DNA from: Schizochytrium sp. TIO01
Taxonomy: Eukaryota > Protista > Bigyra: Labyrinthulomycetes
Direction of reading: 5' to 3'
Assembly: GCA_004764695.1 (NCBI GenBank)
Contig: SMSO01000032.1
Location: forward strand, 7,100,483-7,164,482
DNA length: 64,000 nt
Shown in pieces: positions 1 to 12,495 of the stretch. The notes below the pieces were generated by a model. That model ran no database searches. It worked only from the letters and a program-made list of their open reading frames with translations, and had not been told where the DNA came from. Position 1 is the first letter of the stretch, and every line of letters begins with the position of its first letter. A program made the position numbers and the translations under genes.

Positions 1-2671
1 ATAGAAGCAAAGACGAGTTTCTAGTCCTGCGTACTTACTTTCGTGTCCCTCAATATTAAACTGGCATGAGGCAGGACTGATCAGTGTGTAAACTCTTACC
101 ATAAACGCTCCTAAATGACGAGCATGAAATACAGTACTAGGATTCATTCGCTCATCATAGTTGTGCACACGGGCCTGGCGTACAATTGTTTCTGCAAATA
201 TACAACATCTAGATGACCGACGATACCTGCTCGAGTTGACTGACCTGCAGTATGCGTCCTTGCCAACATCACCCTGTCAGTAAAACCCTAGGTCGTGCTG
301 GCTGCGCTGGTCTGGTCCATCTGGTCCGTACCACTCAAGTTCCTCCAGCTCGATTTCGTCTTCCTCCAGCTGGACCGCAGCAGCCTCTGCATTCTCATAA
401 GTCCCCTCTAAGAGAAAGGTTGTTTCTGCACAGCAATCAACCATCCTGGTTGCTTACAAGTCGCGTCTGCTGCTATTCAATCCAATTCATGTGGCCACAC
501 GCATTCGGCGTCGATCAAAGGGCTTTTCGATCCCCAAAACGTGATGCAGATGCTGACAGAAACTTAAGCTGCAAAGATCAGCATTTCATTTTCACAAGAG
601 CTAATCAAACTGATAATATAGAAGGTAGGTCGTTCAATATTATGTGCTTGGTTCTCCCAGGCAAGTAGTAGAAGTCTTCGGCAAGCTGGCAAAGGCAAAA
701 TGTGTGCTCTGAGCATGAGCGCACGTTACGCAGCAACCTGAGCTTGAAGAACAGTACCCAGGTGCCCTATACAAACTCGAGAAATCCATCTGTACCCAGT
801 TAGAGCTCAGCATCGATTTCTAATTTGGCGAAAGGGGGATTGAATTGTTCTTACCAGAAGCGCCCACTTCGCTCTAGCAGGTCGCACGTTTGCGCTATGG
901 CCAAACCAACATTGAAATCGCTAAGCCTATGGCCTGAACGCTGCCATTGCGTAGGTAAGTACGCATCTACTGGCATGCGAGTCTACGATTCGGTCAGGCT
1001 TTTTATTGTGGCCTAGCCAGCCTGAGAAGAGTTGAGCTTCGAGTTTCTTCAAGTTTCTTCAGCTTGCAAGATAAACAAACATTGAGAGCCGCGGCATCAC
1101 CGATGTGTGTACGGAGGTGTGCACTATCTATCTATCTACTGTGTGTATCGCTCGCTACCTACGGTTAATGGGTAGAAGTAGACAACCAGATCATCTCCTC
1201 GCTACGATCGTCGTCAACATCAATGATGCTAGGTACTTTCTCGAGGAGCCCGCCTACGAGAGCGAGTCAGTTTGTGCAACGAACGAAGCCCGTGCCGCTC
1301 TGCCGCCTTCCCCCCTCACGACCGGGACCCCCGCTGGATACACGTGCCACCTCCAAGAACTTGAAGTGCCTTCTGCCTAAACCTTCCCAAGTGAGCCGGC
1401 GCCCGCGTGCCGCAATTCCTACTTTGTAATTCCAACAAAGTCGTGGTCTTTGGAATGATTGAATGATTGATTTCTTTCTCAAAACTCCAAAGATATATAT
1501 ATGAGACGTAGGTAGGTACTTACCTGCCTGGCTAGCTGCCGGCATCTCGGTGCTTGCAGCCGAGTACAATGACTGACACTTGGTTTGGGTGCTTGCATGG
1601 ATCGGCGCATTGTCTGAAGCGAGTTTGTTTGTGCGCGAGTGCGTGGTGACATCGATTTAGTTCTTTCATTTTCTCTTACACGCTTTCTGCTATTTCAATC
1701 TCAAGGTACTCCTAGCAGTGCATAAGCTATGACTACCTCATTTGTGATTTTTAGTTTATTTAATTTACTTTTTTAATGCTTTGCAAGCTGTGAATTGCCT
1801 TTCTGTTATTCTGATGGTGAAGATGGCCAGTGAATGTAAGTACGGCGAAGCAACATCGCAGGCAGCTGGTACTTAGTATCCACGCCTTTCTCACCACAGG
1901 ATACTTGCAACTTTCGTGCTGGAAGGGCGAAGGAGATAGAAGCACCTGCGTGTAAGTTAGAAGAGCAGAGCTCTCTAAATTCTCTCTACTTAGTAAATCA
2001 TAGTATCATCGCGTAGGAGTGAAACTAATAGAAAGTTTCACTAAAAGTCAAAAGGGCAAGGGAGACAGACACCCAAGAACCACACGCAGTGCTTCTTGGA
2101 CCTCTACAGGCCAGACAACTCGCTCTTAGCCTCCCTCTCCGAAGCTTAGCTGTCTTCTTAAGCGGTTTGCTTCGCCAACTCATAACCTAGAACCTTGTGG
2201 CCGCGGTAGCTGAGCTTGAACACGCGTTATCGTTTACTCAATCTTTCACTCACTCACTCGCTCACTCGTTCGATCGTTCTTTTCTCCTTTTTATTATTAT
2301 TATTAAAATAGCGCCACCACTGCGGCTGCACGTGCCGCGCATCGACACCGTCTTCGAGGTCTTCAGATCTTCAAGCCAGGTCTCCTTCGAGACAGGGGGA
2401 AAGTTGGGCAATCCTGTGCTCTAATCGTTATTGGCCACGTTCTCGCTTTCTGCCTCTGGCCAGGTTTCGTTTCGCATCGGACGGGGTGTAGTAGAGAAGG
2501 GCCAGGCGATTGATTGATACCTTGGAGGCGTACCCCTGCTGCACAGCTCCTTGGAGCTGCAATCAGAGCAATAATACATTCACTCGAGGTGACCCATCAA
2601 GAAAGGATAGCGGATTTCTTGAAAGACATCCCGGAGTTTGTGGGTTTCAAGGAGAACGGGATCATCAGGAG

Positions 2672-2848
2672 GTATATACACATTTTTGGCTTGCCAGTTC
2701 GTACTTACCTCTGCTCACAGTACCAAAGTTTAATCTGTTTGGGTATTAACAACCAGAGCCTTGACGCAGTGTAGGGAAAGAAAGTATTTCTTTGGGATCA
2801 GAGGTCTTTTCTACGCCAGCAAACAACAAATAAGTCTCTGTGTTGTAG
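2672..2848 (+). other. possible 5'-UTR intron of the PH-Costars gene
   Basis: AG|GTATAT donor-like site at 2672 and CTCTGTGTTGTAG| acceptor-like site ending at 2848, 27 nt upstream of the ATG. No transcript evidence. Confidence 0.3.
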
Positions 2849-2875
2849 TTGTTACATACAGCCTACTCTGCAAAA

Positions 2876-5800
2876 ATGTCTGCCGAGGAGTTTATGGAGA
2901 ATTGGAAAAAGCTCGATGGCAAATTCGATGAGTATGCAAGGTTACGTGAGCTTCGATCACTTGTGGCACAGGGCGCCATGAGCCAGGAGCTTTACGACAC
3001 AATGCACAGATATGTTCTGGAGAAAAACTTATCAAGTGATAGCAAGAAAAAAATTCTGCGCAAACATCTTACCCGTGGTAAATCAAAGCATGGAGATGCA
3101 CCAGCCTTGCCCCCACGCAGGAGATCTCTTTTTCAAGGTGGACGTAAAGATTCAGTTCCTGCCGGTACCCGAGTTGTTGAAAAGGGCGGTGAAGTTTTAC
3201 TTGAAGGTGACGAGCAAGCGGCGCTTTGGGGTCGCAAACCGGTCATGGAAGGTTTTCTCTACAAACGTGCAACTAAAAGTGGCCGCAACTGGAAAAAACG
3301 CTATGTTAAACTTTATTATGATCGCATGGACTACTATAGCAAAAGACATGATCGTACACCACGAGGCACAATCAGCCTCACGAAGGACTTTTTCGTTGCG
3401 GATTCTATTTTGCGTCGTATTCGCAACACTCGGCCGCATGGCTTCATGGTCTCCGACTTTGCAACTACATTTTACCTTGCAGCTTCATCACCCGAGGCAA
3501 AAGTGTATTGGATGCATACAATCCAACGTGTTTTGCAAAAGTTGAAAGATCAGGATGATGAATTAGATACCCCAGTACTCCTCGACGAGCCGGAGCGAAC
3601 CCCTTCTATGCGGGAGCGTGATTACCAGGCGCGACTCCAGGCCTATCGCCAAGGCTTATCAGTCACTGAGGTGGCGCGTCATGTCTCACAAAGAGCAGCA
3701 GCAATCAGCATGAAGAAGGCGGCTGCTAAATTGCACGAATCGTCCAAGAGTACTCGAGGTTCCTCTTCAAGTAAGAAGCACACATCAACTGAAAGCACAC
3801 GAAAATCTACTGCAAGTCAGAAACGCCGCACGGCAACTGCCCTTGCTGAAGAAACTTCACGGCGTGAGAAGGTTCTCGCTGCGAAGGGTATGGCCGAAGA
3901 CCTGAATGCTCATGAGTTAGAAGCTGAAGAAGAAAGCGAGATGCAAGAAGTGAACGACCTCCAGTACATTCCTGATTCAAGGGACGAAAAGAACGCACGA
4001 TTAACATCACAGTCAGGAGAGCTTCCCGAAGAAAAAAGAGATGTCAAAAAAACAGATGACAGTCATGTTTCTCAGACCCAAGACACTGTACCCCTCAAAT
4101 CACAGTCAAAACGTTTTTCACGTGCATCTTCTGGACGTTTGAGCCAACCTGTAAGACCTACAATTGTCACATCAACTCGTATTCTATCGTCCTCTTCTCA
4201 TGCCGCAAGGCATAAAACCTTGTTGAGCATGGAGCGCGAGGAGAAAACGCGTAGTCTTGCTGATGCTGCTTTGAGTGCTCATGAATCAGCACGTTTAAGT
4301 GCTCAAGTTCATCTGGGTCTCGACGTTATGTCGTATGATCAGCAGGAAGATCTACGTGATCAAGCCGCGCAAGCAGAGGCCGTACGTCTCATGGCCGACA
4401 TGGAGAACCAAGCTGCGATTGTAGACATGGACGCGGCACTCCAAGAAAAAGATACTCTCAAAAAAGAGTTAAAGGATGCTGAAGATGATGGTGACGAGGA
4501 GCGCTACAAGGCCATTGAGATGGAGTATGAGACGACTCGCCACCGGCTGGATGACCTTGGTGAAACTATGGCGAGGTCTGCAGCAGAGCGTGCCGAAGCC
4601 GAAGAAATCGCAGAGCGCAATCGTGAACAAATAGCCCGTGCTAATGCTGCTAACGCAATTGTGTTAGAACTTGCTCAAGTGGACGAGGCCATTTTACGAG
4701 CGGAGCAGCTTGCAGAAAAGGCTGAGGAAGCACGGCAACGAGCCGAAGCTGCAGCTCGCAAGGTTCATGATGAGGCCCTCGAGGAATCTCGCGAGCACGA
4801 ACGTCGTCTGGCAGAGGCAGAAGAGGAGGCACGTAAAGCTCAGGAAGAAGAGGAAGAGCGTGCTCTTCAAGAGCAACTAATTCTGAAGAAATTGGAGGAG
4901 ACCGCAAAAAAGAAGGTTAATGAAAAGCAGCGTAAAAAAATTGAGGAGGTTGCCGAACGCGCTGCTCAAGCTCGCGCCGAAGCTGAGGAGCGTCGGTTTG
5001 AAGCCGAGCTCAACGCCACCGAGCTTGCAAACCAGAGATTAGATGCATTAGCAAAGGCGGCCGCTGTTGAGCGTGCGTTGCAGGAAACCCAAGCAATGCT
5101 CAACAAGTCCCGCGTACGCCAAGGTCTTGAGGAGTATGGTTTTGCAAACCCCCGTGAGAGCCGCCATGCAAGTGCTGCTGCTACTACAGCTGCTGGTTCC
5201 CGAACAAGTTTATCTTCTCAAGCAACATCATCAACCAAAGCAACCGAAAGACAGAAACGTCCATCTTTCTTTGAGAAGCTTCGTCCTCGCTTAAGTCTAA
5301 CATCAAGATCTCAAGGTGGGTCATCCTCATTGACTGAAATTCAGCCAGCAAAGAAATCAAAACCCAAGCCCGAGGCAAAGCCAGCAGCAGTACCTTCGCG
5401 TCAATCATCAATAACAGAGAGCTCTAGCGAGACTGCTGGTGATCCTGGTGAAGCTGCGAATTCTTTTCGCAACTTTTTCACTTCATTTACACAAGCTGCA
5501 GTGGATGGTTTTGAATACGTTACTGGTATTCAGTGGACTGGTGATACCCCCGAGGTTGACCCTCACGAGCAACAATACGAAGACGAACTTGACTCTCTGT
5601 ATGGTGATAATGATGATGACACATCTTCGATTGATGATGATGAATTTGATGAGCGTCTTCGCAATGTTGGAGAGCAGGAACGTAAGAAGGCGGCATCTGC
5701 ATGGATTGATTTTGAGACTAACCGTCTTCTAGAAATCATCAAGGAGATTGGATACGAAGACAAGTATGGACGCCCCACTACGACATTTGGTGAGCTGCTC

Positions 5801-5935
5801 GAAGTGTACGAAGATATTTCAGACACCTTAGTTGGTATTCTTATTCGTGCAAAGCGCTCTGGTAAGATTTACTATGAAGGTAACATGCTCTTTGAGTTGG
5901 AACACGACGATACAGAGATTACTGCTCTTGAGTAA
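2876..5935 (+). CDS. PH domain + long coiled-coil + C-terminal Costars (ABRA/STARS-type) actin-binding domain protein
   Basis: ORF 2849..5935 has its first ATG at 2876 (MSAEEFMENW). PH motif at ~3236-3545: MEGFLYKRATKSGRNWKKRYVKL...FYLAASSPEAKVYWMHTIQ. E/A/R/K-rich helical segment at ~4300-5130. C-terminus LLEIIKEIG...TTTFGELLEVYEDISDTLVGILIRAKRSGKIYYEGNMLF...DDTEITAL matches the Costars pattern (TFGxL..Y..ISD.xVGILxRA+...EGxML). Confidence 0.88.
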   Translation: MSAEEFMENWKKLDGKFDEYARLRELRSLVAQGAMSQELYDTMHRYVLEKNLSSDSKKKILRKHLTRGKSKHGDAPALPPRRRSLFQGGRKDSVPAGTRVVEKGGEVLLEGDEQAALWGRKPVMEGFLYKRATKSGRNWKKRYVKLYYDRMDYYSKRHDRTPRGTISLTKDFFVADSILRRIRNTRPHGFMVSDFATTFYLAASSPEAKVYWMHTIQRVLQKLKDQDDELDTPVLLDEPERTPSMRERDYQARLQAYRQGLSVTEVARHVSQRAAAISMKKAAAKLHESSKSTRGSSSSKKHTSTESTRKSTASQKRRTATALAEETSRREKVLAAKGMAEDLNAHELEAEEESEMQEVNDLQYIPDSRDEKNARLTSQSGELPEEKRDVKKTDDSHVSQTQDTVPLKSQSKRFSRASSGRLSQPVRPTIVTSTRILSSSSHAARHKTLLSMEREEKTRSLADAALSAHESARLSAQVHLGLDVMSYDQQEDLRDQAAQAEAVRLMADMENQAAIVDMDAALQEKDTLKKELKDAEDDGDEERYKAIEMEYETTRHRLDDLGETMARSAAERAEAEEIAERNREQIARANAANAIVLELAQVDEAILRAEQLAEKAEEARQRAEAAARKVHDEALEESREHERRLAEAEEEARKAQEEEEERALQEQLILKKLEETAKKKVNEKQRKKIEEVAERAAQARAEAEERRFEAELNATELANQRLDALAKAAAVERALQETQAMLNKSRVRQGLEEYGFANPRESRHASAAATTAAGSRTSLSSQATSSTKATERQKRPSFFEKLRPRLSLTSRSQGGSSSLTEIQPAKKSKPKPEAKPAAVPSRQSSITESSSETAGDPGEAANSFRNFFTSFTQAAVDGFEYVTGIQWTGDTPEVDPHEQQYEDELDSLYGDNDDDTSSIDDDEFDERLRNVGEQERKKAASAWIDFETNRLLEIIKEIGYEDKYGRPTTTFGELLEVYEDISDTLVGILIRAKRSGKIYYEGNMLFELEHDDTEITALE

Positions 5936-6829
5936 GAGTGGAGTCTATGCTTCAAGATAAATCTCCGTTTTCCGGGTTCATTTACTTGCGTCTTTTTGGT
6001 TAATTATTCATTCCACGCAATGTACTTTTCATTGCAATTCTTCTGTTTTGTTTTGATATAGGCCTAACATATATATATATAACTTTAAAGCTTATGGCTA
6101 CTACAAATAAACTTCAATGTTGCTGTTCTGTGAAAAAACGAAACAAATAAACTCAAGGGCTTCATTTGTTTATCCTTTTCAAGATAAAAGTCCAAGGCTC
6201 ATCATGAGTTACTTGTATTACATCGTTTTAATGGGAAGACTCAAGGAAATACCAAGCTTCAATTCAATGGCTCCGTTGTCCTACATTGTTGTCTTTGGGA
6301 ATCAGAAAACCGTCTACCAAGACACCAATTTGGATTTATGTGCATATTTAAGTGGTCAAAGATATGAATGGATCCATGCTGAAAGAAAGCTACATTCCCT
6401 GTAAAAACACTACCATGAAGAGCCAAAAGGAATCAACGTAGGAGAACACACAGAACTCGATCGACAAAGACATATCGTAAGGCGCGATACAAAGTCGAAC
6501 TTCAAAAATTAAAGGTCAGCAATAATATCTAACCATCGAGAAGGGTTCATAAATTTCAATTCCAAGATAGATATTGTTTTGACAAGTTGTTGGTAAAAGA
6601 GGATGAATCTGTAACAGAGTTGAATTTATGTAATTCATGATTATGGGCAATGGGTTTTGGGGGTGTTTATTTATGGTTGTATGTACGTTATGTGCAGCAC
6701 AACAAGCAACACAAGCTCATAAGCTATACTGAAACAATCTCACCTGCAGAGGCTCGGACTCGAGTCGAGGAAGCACTGAAGCCTACAACTCGACAAGTCC
6801 CTCCTACTCTAGGCCAGGATTTCAGCAAC

Positions 6830-6878
6830 TTAGAAGCACTTGCGGTGGACGATCGAGGGTCCAGACTCGTCGTACTCC

Positions 6879-6910
<32 letters not shown>

Positions 6911-7960
6911 GAGGGAGGCAAGAATGGAGCCACCGATCCACACGGAGTACTTGCGCTCAGGGGGGGCGACGACCTTGATCTTCATGGTGGAGGGGGCAAG
7001 GGCGATCATCTCCTTCTCGAGACGAGCGGCGAGACCCTCGTACATGGTGGAGCCACCAGACATGACGATGTTGGCGTAGAGGTCCTTACGGATATCGACG
7101 TCACACTTCATGATGGTCTGGAACATGGTGTCGTGGACACCCTGGGCCTCCTTGCCGATGAAGGACGGCTGGAAGAGGACCTCGGGGCAGCGGAAGCGCT
7201 CGTTGCCGATGGTGATGACGTTACCGTCCGGAAGCTCGTAGGACTTCTCGAGGGCGGAGGACTCGGCGGCGAGGCGCATCTCCTCGTCGAAGTCCTGGGC
7301 GACGTAAGCAAGCTTCTCCTTGATGTCACGGACAATCTCGCGCTCGGCGGTGGTGGTGAAGGAGTAGCCACGCTCGGTGAGGATCTTCATCATGTAGTCG
7401 GTGAGGTCACGGCCGGCAAGATCGATACGGAGAACGGCGTGCGGGAGAGCGTAACCCTCGTAGATGGGGACGGTGTGGGTGACACCATCACCAGAGTCGA
7501 GGACGGCACCGGTGGTACGACCAGAGGCGTAGAGGGAGAGAACGGCCTGGATGTTGACGTACATGGCGGGCACGTTGAAGGTCTCGAACATGATCTGGGT
7601 CATGCGCTCACGGTTGGCCTTGGGGTTGAGGGGGGCCTCGGTGAGGAGAACGGGGTGCTCCTCGGGGGCAACGCGGAGCTCGTTGTAGAAGGTGTGGTGC
7701 CAGATCTTCTCCATGTCGTCCCAGTTGGTCACGATACCGTGCTCAATGGGGTACTTGAGGGTGAGGACACCACGCTTGGACTGGGCCTCATCACCGACAT
7801 AGGCGTCCTTCTGGTCCATGCCGACCATGATACCGGGGTGCTTGGGGCGGCCGACAATGGAGGGGAAGACGGCGCGGGGCGCATCGTCACCGGCGAAACC
7901 GGCCTTGCACATACCGGAGCCGTTGTCAATGACAAGGGCTTGAACTTCGTCGTCAGCCAT
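6830..7960 (-). CDS. ACT1: actin
   Basis: 376 aa: [41 protein letters not shown]...[16 protein letters not shown]...[14 protein letters not shown]. Intronless, with strong C/G-ending codon bias. Confidence 0.99.
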
Positions 7961-8460
7961 TTTGCTAGTTGGGTGCTTGTTCTTCTACTGTGTTGTTGCT
8001 TCTTGAGCTTGAGGTTGCGGGTTTGCTGATCCTGGAGCGCAGCCGTCGCGACCACGATACCGCCAGCTGGCAGGCACCCTCTCTCGAATGCCTCCACTTA
8101 AGGAGGATCCTTTCGAAATCCACCCCCTCACACCCCCTCTCATCACCACTGCCTCTGAGGGGCACCCGGACTGCTGCCTCATTTCCTCCTCACAAACACA
8201 CCCCTCTTCCCCCTAGCTTCACTTCCTTTCCATCTCAAACTGGAGCTTTTGCCTCAGTAAAGCACCCCAGTGTGGAGGGAGGGGGATCTTCAAGAAAATC
8301 GCGAGAAAGTCGAGATGCCCCCCTTCACTTGCGAGAATTGTGAAAAGATGAGTGAGTGAGTCAAACAGATAGATACACAGACAGTCAAATGGAAACATAC
8401 GGATAGCACAACTAAACAAATAACTAACTAACTAACTTCCTCAACCAAAAGAACTTACGA
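7961..8460 (-). promoter_or_regulatory. actin promoter / 5' leader region
   Basis: Directly upstream of the actin ATG. CAA-rich leader (CAAGAAGCAACAACACAGTAGAAGAACAAGCACCCAACTAGCAAA-ATG) preceded by GA/GG-rich tracts on the minus strand. Positional inference only. Confidence 0.55.
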
Positions 8461-11082
8461 AAAGAAAGTGTGAACTCTCTTGCCACCCCAGTTCCAATTT
8501 TCGCTACCTACTCTTCTGTTTTCTTAGTTAGATAAAAATTGTCTAATATAGGGCATCTATTATACTTTTAATTTTTAGCTTTACAAAAGAATAATTTTCA
8601 ATATGTTATATATACTTTAGCTTTTAATTAAAACTTTGCTGGGCTCTACCGTATCACTAGTCTTGTCCCTAGCGGCGCCCCTTTTGAACCCTTCGAGATA
8701 AGGGCGAGGAGGAGAATGAATATGAATGAGTCTCTCGTTGGCGTTCATTCTTTCTTTCTTTCTAAGTTCTTTCAACATTCCTCTTTCAGAAGTCTGATCT
8801 GTTGGAGGTGGAGGTATGATTTTAGGATTTTATTTTTTTAAATTTTATTTTTCGTGGATTGAGCGATCCTTCGCTGTCGATAAATGTGTAAATCGCGCTC
8901 TTTGCTCGCACACTCCGCGTCAGAGGCCGCCCGATCTGTCTGGAGGCGGGCTATTTATGCACTCACGGGTGTATGTATTTATGGATGCATCTTCTTTGGA
9001 TGTATGAATGGATGTTTTGTGTACCTGGCTTAACAGCTAATCAGCTAAAAATCAAGGTTGTGCGCACACGCGGCAGTCAATACTCGTCGCGCCGCTACAC
9101 ACCGACGGCAGTGTGACATTGCCCGTCTGTCTTGCTCCCTTGTTTGTCTGTTTATCTACTTGTTTCTGCTATCTCACGTCACAGTGATTGATCGATTAAT
9201 CGACTTTTACTTTAGGAAAGAATTAAAAAAACAAAAAATAGAAATAAAACAGAAGGATACAAAGCAAACAATCCATCGATCCGTCGAGAATCCATCATCC
9301 ACAATCACCCTTACTCCACGAAGCGTTCCCTCGCGCACTCACTCTCTGGTACGCAAGGGGGCAAGTCGCTATAGCTATCGCTGTCCAACCGCACAAACGC
9401 AGCGGCATCACTCGAGTAAATAAGCTTTATGTTTTATATTCAGTTTTTATATGACGGACGAGATGTAATGCAATACTTCTTACACACCTACCCCCCTTCA
9501 CAGACGCTGTTTTCTCCATTTCAAAAACCTTGATTCTTTCCAGTCTACAACTCTGCTAGGCGTACACCTAGCTGCGCCAGTACGTACCGTAAGGTACCAT
9601 CTCTCCAGTTTGTATGTTTTTCTTTTCCATACCATTAGAAAAAAGGACTTTTCATAATATGTTCTGCAGAAGCTGCTGTTCCTTTTGCTTTTATAACATA
9701 GAACACGTAAAGTCGCGACGAAAGGCCGCTTTCGCACTCAACAAGCACATGCTCTCGAGAGTTTAGGCCGACTCGATTCCGAGGAAGCGGCGCTTCTGCA
9801 GCAGATTCGAGCGATGCAGTGCAGTCTGATGACTACTGACTGACTGGCTGGCTGACTGAGTCGTTGATTGGTCTGTTCTCTCCGCTCAGGTTCGACTTCT
9901 TCTTCGCCGGAGAGTCGAAGCCTCCGGCTTTCGCATCGGCGGTGGGTTGGAACCACCTTACGCACCCCCTTAGCTTTTCCAGTAGCAGGCGGGTGCAAAC
10001 CACTCTGCGCTATTCTTTCTTTAACCCTGTTCACACATACGTATCGTATGTATGTATATGTAAATCTTGTATATACACTCAGTACGTATGGTCGCTAGCG
10101 TTAACCTCTACAACAAGTTCAACAATAAAAATATCTTTTTAGTTTAGTTTTCGTGCAAATAAACAAATAAGTAAAGTGGGTTATTTATGCGCTTCTGGAA
10201 AGATAGATATAGGTGACCTGGAAACTCGAAGCAGCCGCTGACGAAGAGCTAACTCGTTGGAGAAATGGAAAACGCATTGGAAGCTGGGCGGGCCAGGGAG
10301 ACAACCACTCTTCGCGTTGATCAGACCAGCTTTCAGGCATTTCCTGTGCAACGGCGCAGCTCTTCCTAGCTGCATCCCTGCCTCCGCCCTGGAAATGACC
10401 AGCCACGGCAGAGTTGGCTCCGCAACCTCAGTTCTTTCATACCTAGTTTCCTAGCATTCCTACCTACTGACAGTACCAGTAGGACGAAGGGCAGCCTCCT
10501 ACCTCTTACCATAGTAGTAGCTTGGAGCAAGGCCTGCCTTGTGGTCTGTTCCGTTCTGTTTGTTCTTCACTGGAGCGTAGGTGCCCCCTACTGCCATTAG
10601 GCCGTGTTCTTTCATTGATTGAAAATCATTTAAGGCGCTGAGCTATCGCGGTCTTCAGCTACGATCTGCTTCTGATGGTCCTCGCGACTTCTGTGACAAC
10701 CGCTGACACCTCAGACGTTGGTCAGAACGAAGCAGCAAGCTCGGTGGCTGCCCGATTGCTGGCTGGGCTAGTTGACAGCCTGGAGTGGAGGCCGGAAAGC
10801 CGAGGTGGGTTCTGGCTTCAGGGTATCTTGAGCCCCGCTCTGTGATTGATTGCTCAAGAGCATCACATTTCTGGACCTCGAGATCATAGATATGTTGTAG
10901 TAGATAGTACGTACTGATATTGGAGTTGCTCAAAAACTCACTTCGGATGGAACTGAAAATCGGTGTGCGATTTGAAATCACTCCATCTTGGAAATCAGAG
11001 AGTGAAAGGTGCAAAATCTTGATTTGTTTGCTCCTCCATACCTACTGAGAGCTTCTAGGTCAGCAAGCGACTTGATAAAGTC

Positions 11083-11100
11083 TGATTGATTGAATGAATG

Positions 11101-11134
<34 letters not shown>
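11083..11134. repeat. (TGAT)n/(TGAA)n tetranucleotide microsatellite
   Basis: tgattgattgaatgaatgaatgattgattgattgattgattgattgattgat. Confidence 0.95.
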
Positions 11135-11645
11135 AGCGAAGGTTTACAAAAATATCAAGCTCAGCAAAAGGTCCTACTTCAGTGAATCTTAGGCGTGTCT
11201 TCTAGGCGATACCTTATATAAGGAAATAGAGTTGTTTCCTAAACTTCGAATATTTAAACTTTGTTCTTTAACTTCTATTTATTCCAACTTGAAAACTAAT
11301 TTTATAGTTAAAGAAAAAGGGGTTTCAAGGAAAAGCTCTGCAGATACCAGTTCCTCGTATCTTGTGGCTTAGGAATAAGACTTGGCGCAACGCCATGCAA
11401 CGCTTCCGAAGAAAGGGCTCCTTCAGGGAGCCAATCCCTCGATCATCCATCAACCAACCGATCAGTTGATCAGATTGGACAATTAGCCGGTCAGCGGGGG
11501 TGCAAAGCAGCTCCCTTGGCAGCTGCAGAGCTATAAAGCTATAAAGCTGTTTTTATAGACCTACTTTCTGCAGCCACACCTCTTTCGACCATCTAAAGTC
11601 AAGTTTTTCTTCGAGATCTCAAGTTTACGTATCAATCGACAATCG

Positions 11646-11672
11646 AGTAAGTAAGTAAGTAAGTAAGTAAGT
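11646..11672. repeat. (AGTA)n microsatellite
   Basis: agtaagtaagtaagtaagtaagtaagt. Confidence 0.95.
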
Positions 11673-11860
11673 CCCTCTTCTCTTTTGCAAACTTGAAAAG
11701 AACGAAAAAATCTACCTTCGACTTCTTCTCTTTTTACATCATTGAAAACATTTTAAACATTGGACATGTGCCTATGAGTAGGTAGGTACAGCTCGTTGAG
11801 TTAATTACTTCGATATCGATAGGGGTGTATAGCTTAAATAGTAGCAGTGTCCAGGAGGTC

Positions 11861-11903
11861 GGTCAGTCAGGCGGCAGGCAGTCAGTCAGTCAGTCAGTCA
11901 GTC
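11861..11903. repeat. (CAGT)n microsatellite, interrupted
   Basis: ggtcagtcaggcggcaggcagtcagtcagtcagtcagtcagtc. Confidence 0.85.
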
Positions 11904-12304
11904 GATCGCAAAGGAGACTGGTGAAGTAAAGAATTTTCACTTTTTATATTTATTTATTTTTCGTCTTAAACCAAAGAAAGTTTTATGTACTAATAAAACA
12001 AGATAGCGCACAAAGGTACTTGAGGAACACTAGCTCATGTGAAGGCAGTGTGGGCATGTTTTAGTGCGGCATCAGAGGAGATGGGCACCTGTACACTGAG
12101 TGGCCAAGCTCTCGCCCTCGACTGTGTATTCCTCCGCAGATTTAAGAAGTTCTCCTCCAAGTGGCCCTCTTACCGCGCCCTCACACCTCCTCACGCCCAC
12201 TGGCAAATCTCTCCCTGCACCACCAATCCCACAGTGCAAAAATTGATTTCTTTTTACACCAGCTAAGAGTCCCACGATGCCCCCATAGTTTTCAAGTTCG
12301 CCCC

Positions 12305-12495
12305 AATTGATTGATTCATTGATTAATCGATCGAATGATCTATTAGGTTTGAATTCGATTGATTCATTCATTCATGCATTCATTCATTGATCGATTGAAT
12401 GATTGATTGATTCATTTGGTTTTAATTCGACCGATTGATTGATTGATTGATCCATTCATTTGATTTTAATCAGATTGATTGATTGATTTGATCGT
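12305..12495. repeat. degenerate period-4 tract (ATTG/ATTC/ATCG mosaic)
   Basis: About 190 bp of mixed attg/attc/atcg units. Confidence 0.85.

Noticed and set aside
6290-6345. ENRLPRHQFGFM, resembling the QxGFR motif of LINE reverse transcriptases
   Set aside because: No upstream RPIxL motif and no downstream DxxxAFD or YADD motifs. Surrounded by stops, so probably chance.
6650-8029. 459-aa + strand ORF
   Set aside because: Codon-aligned antisense shadow of actin, explained by avoidance of TTA/CTA/TCA codons.
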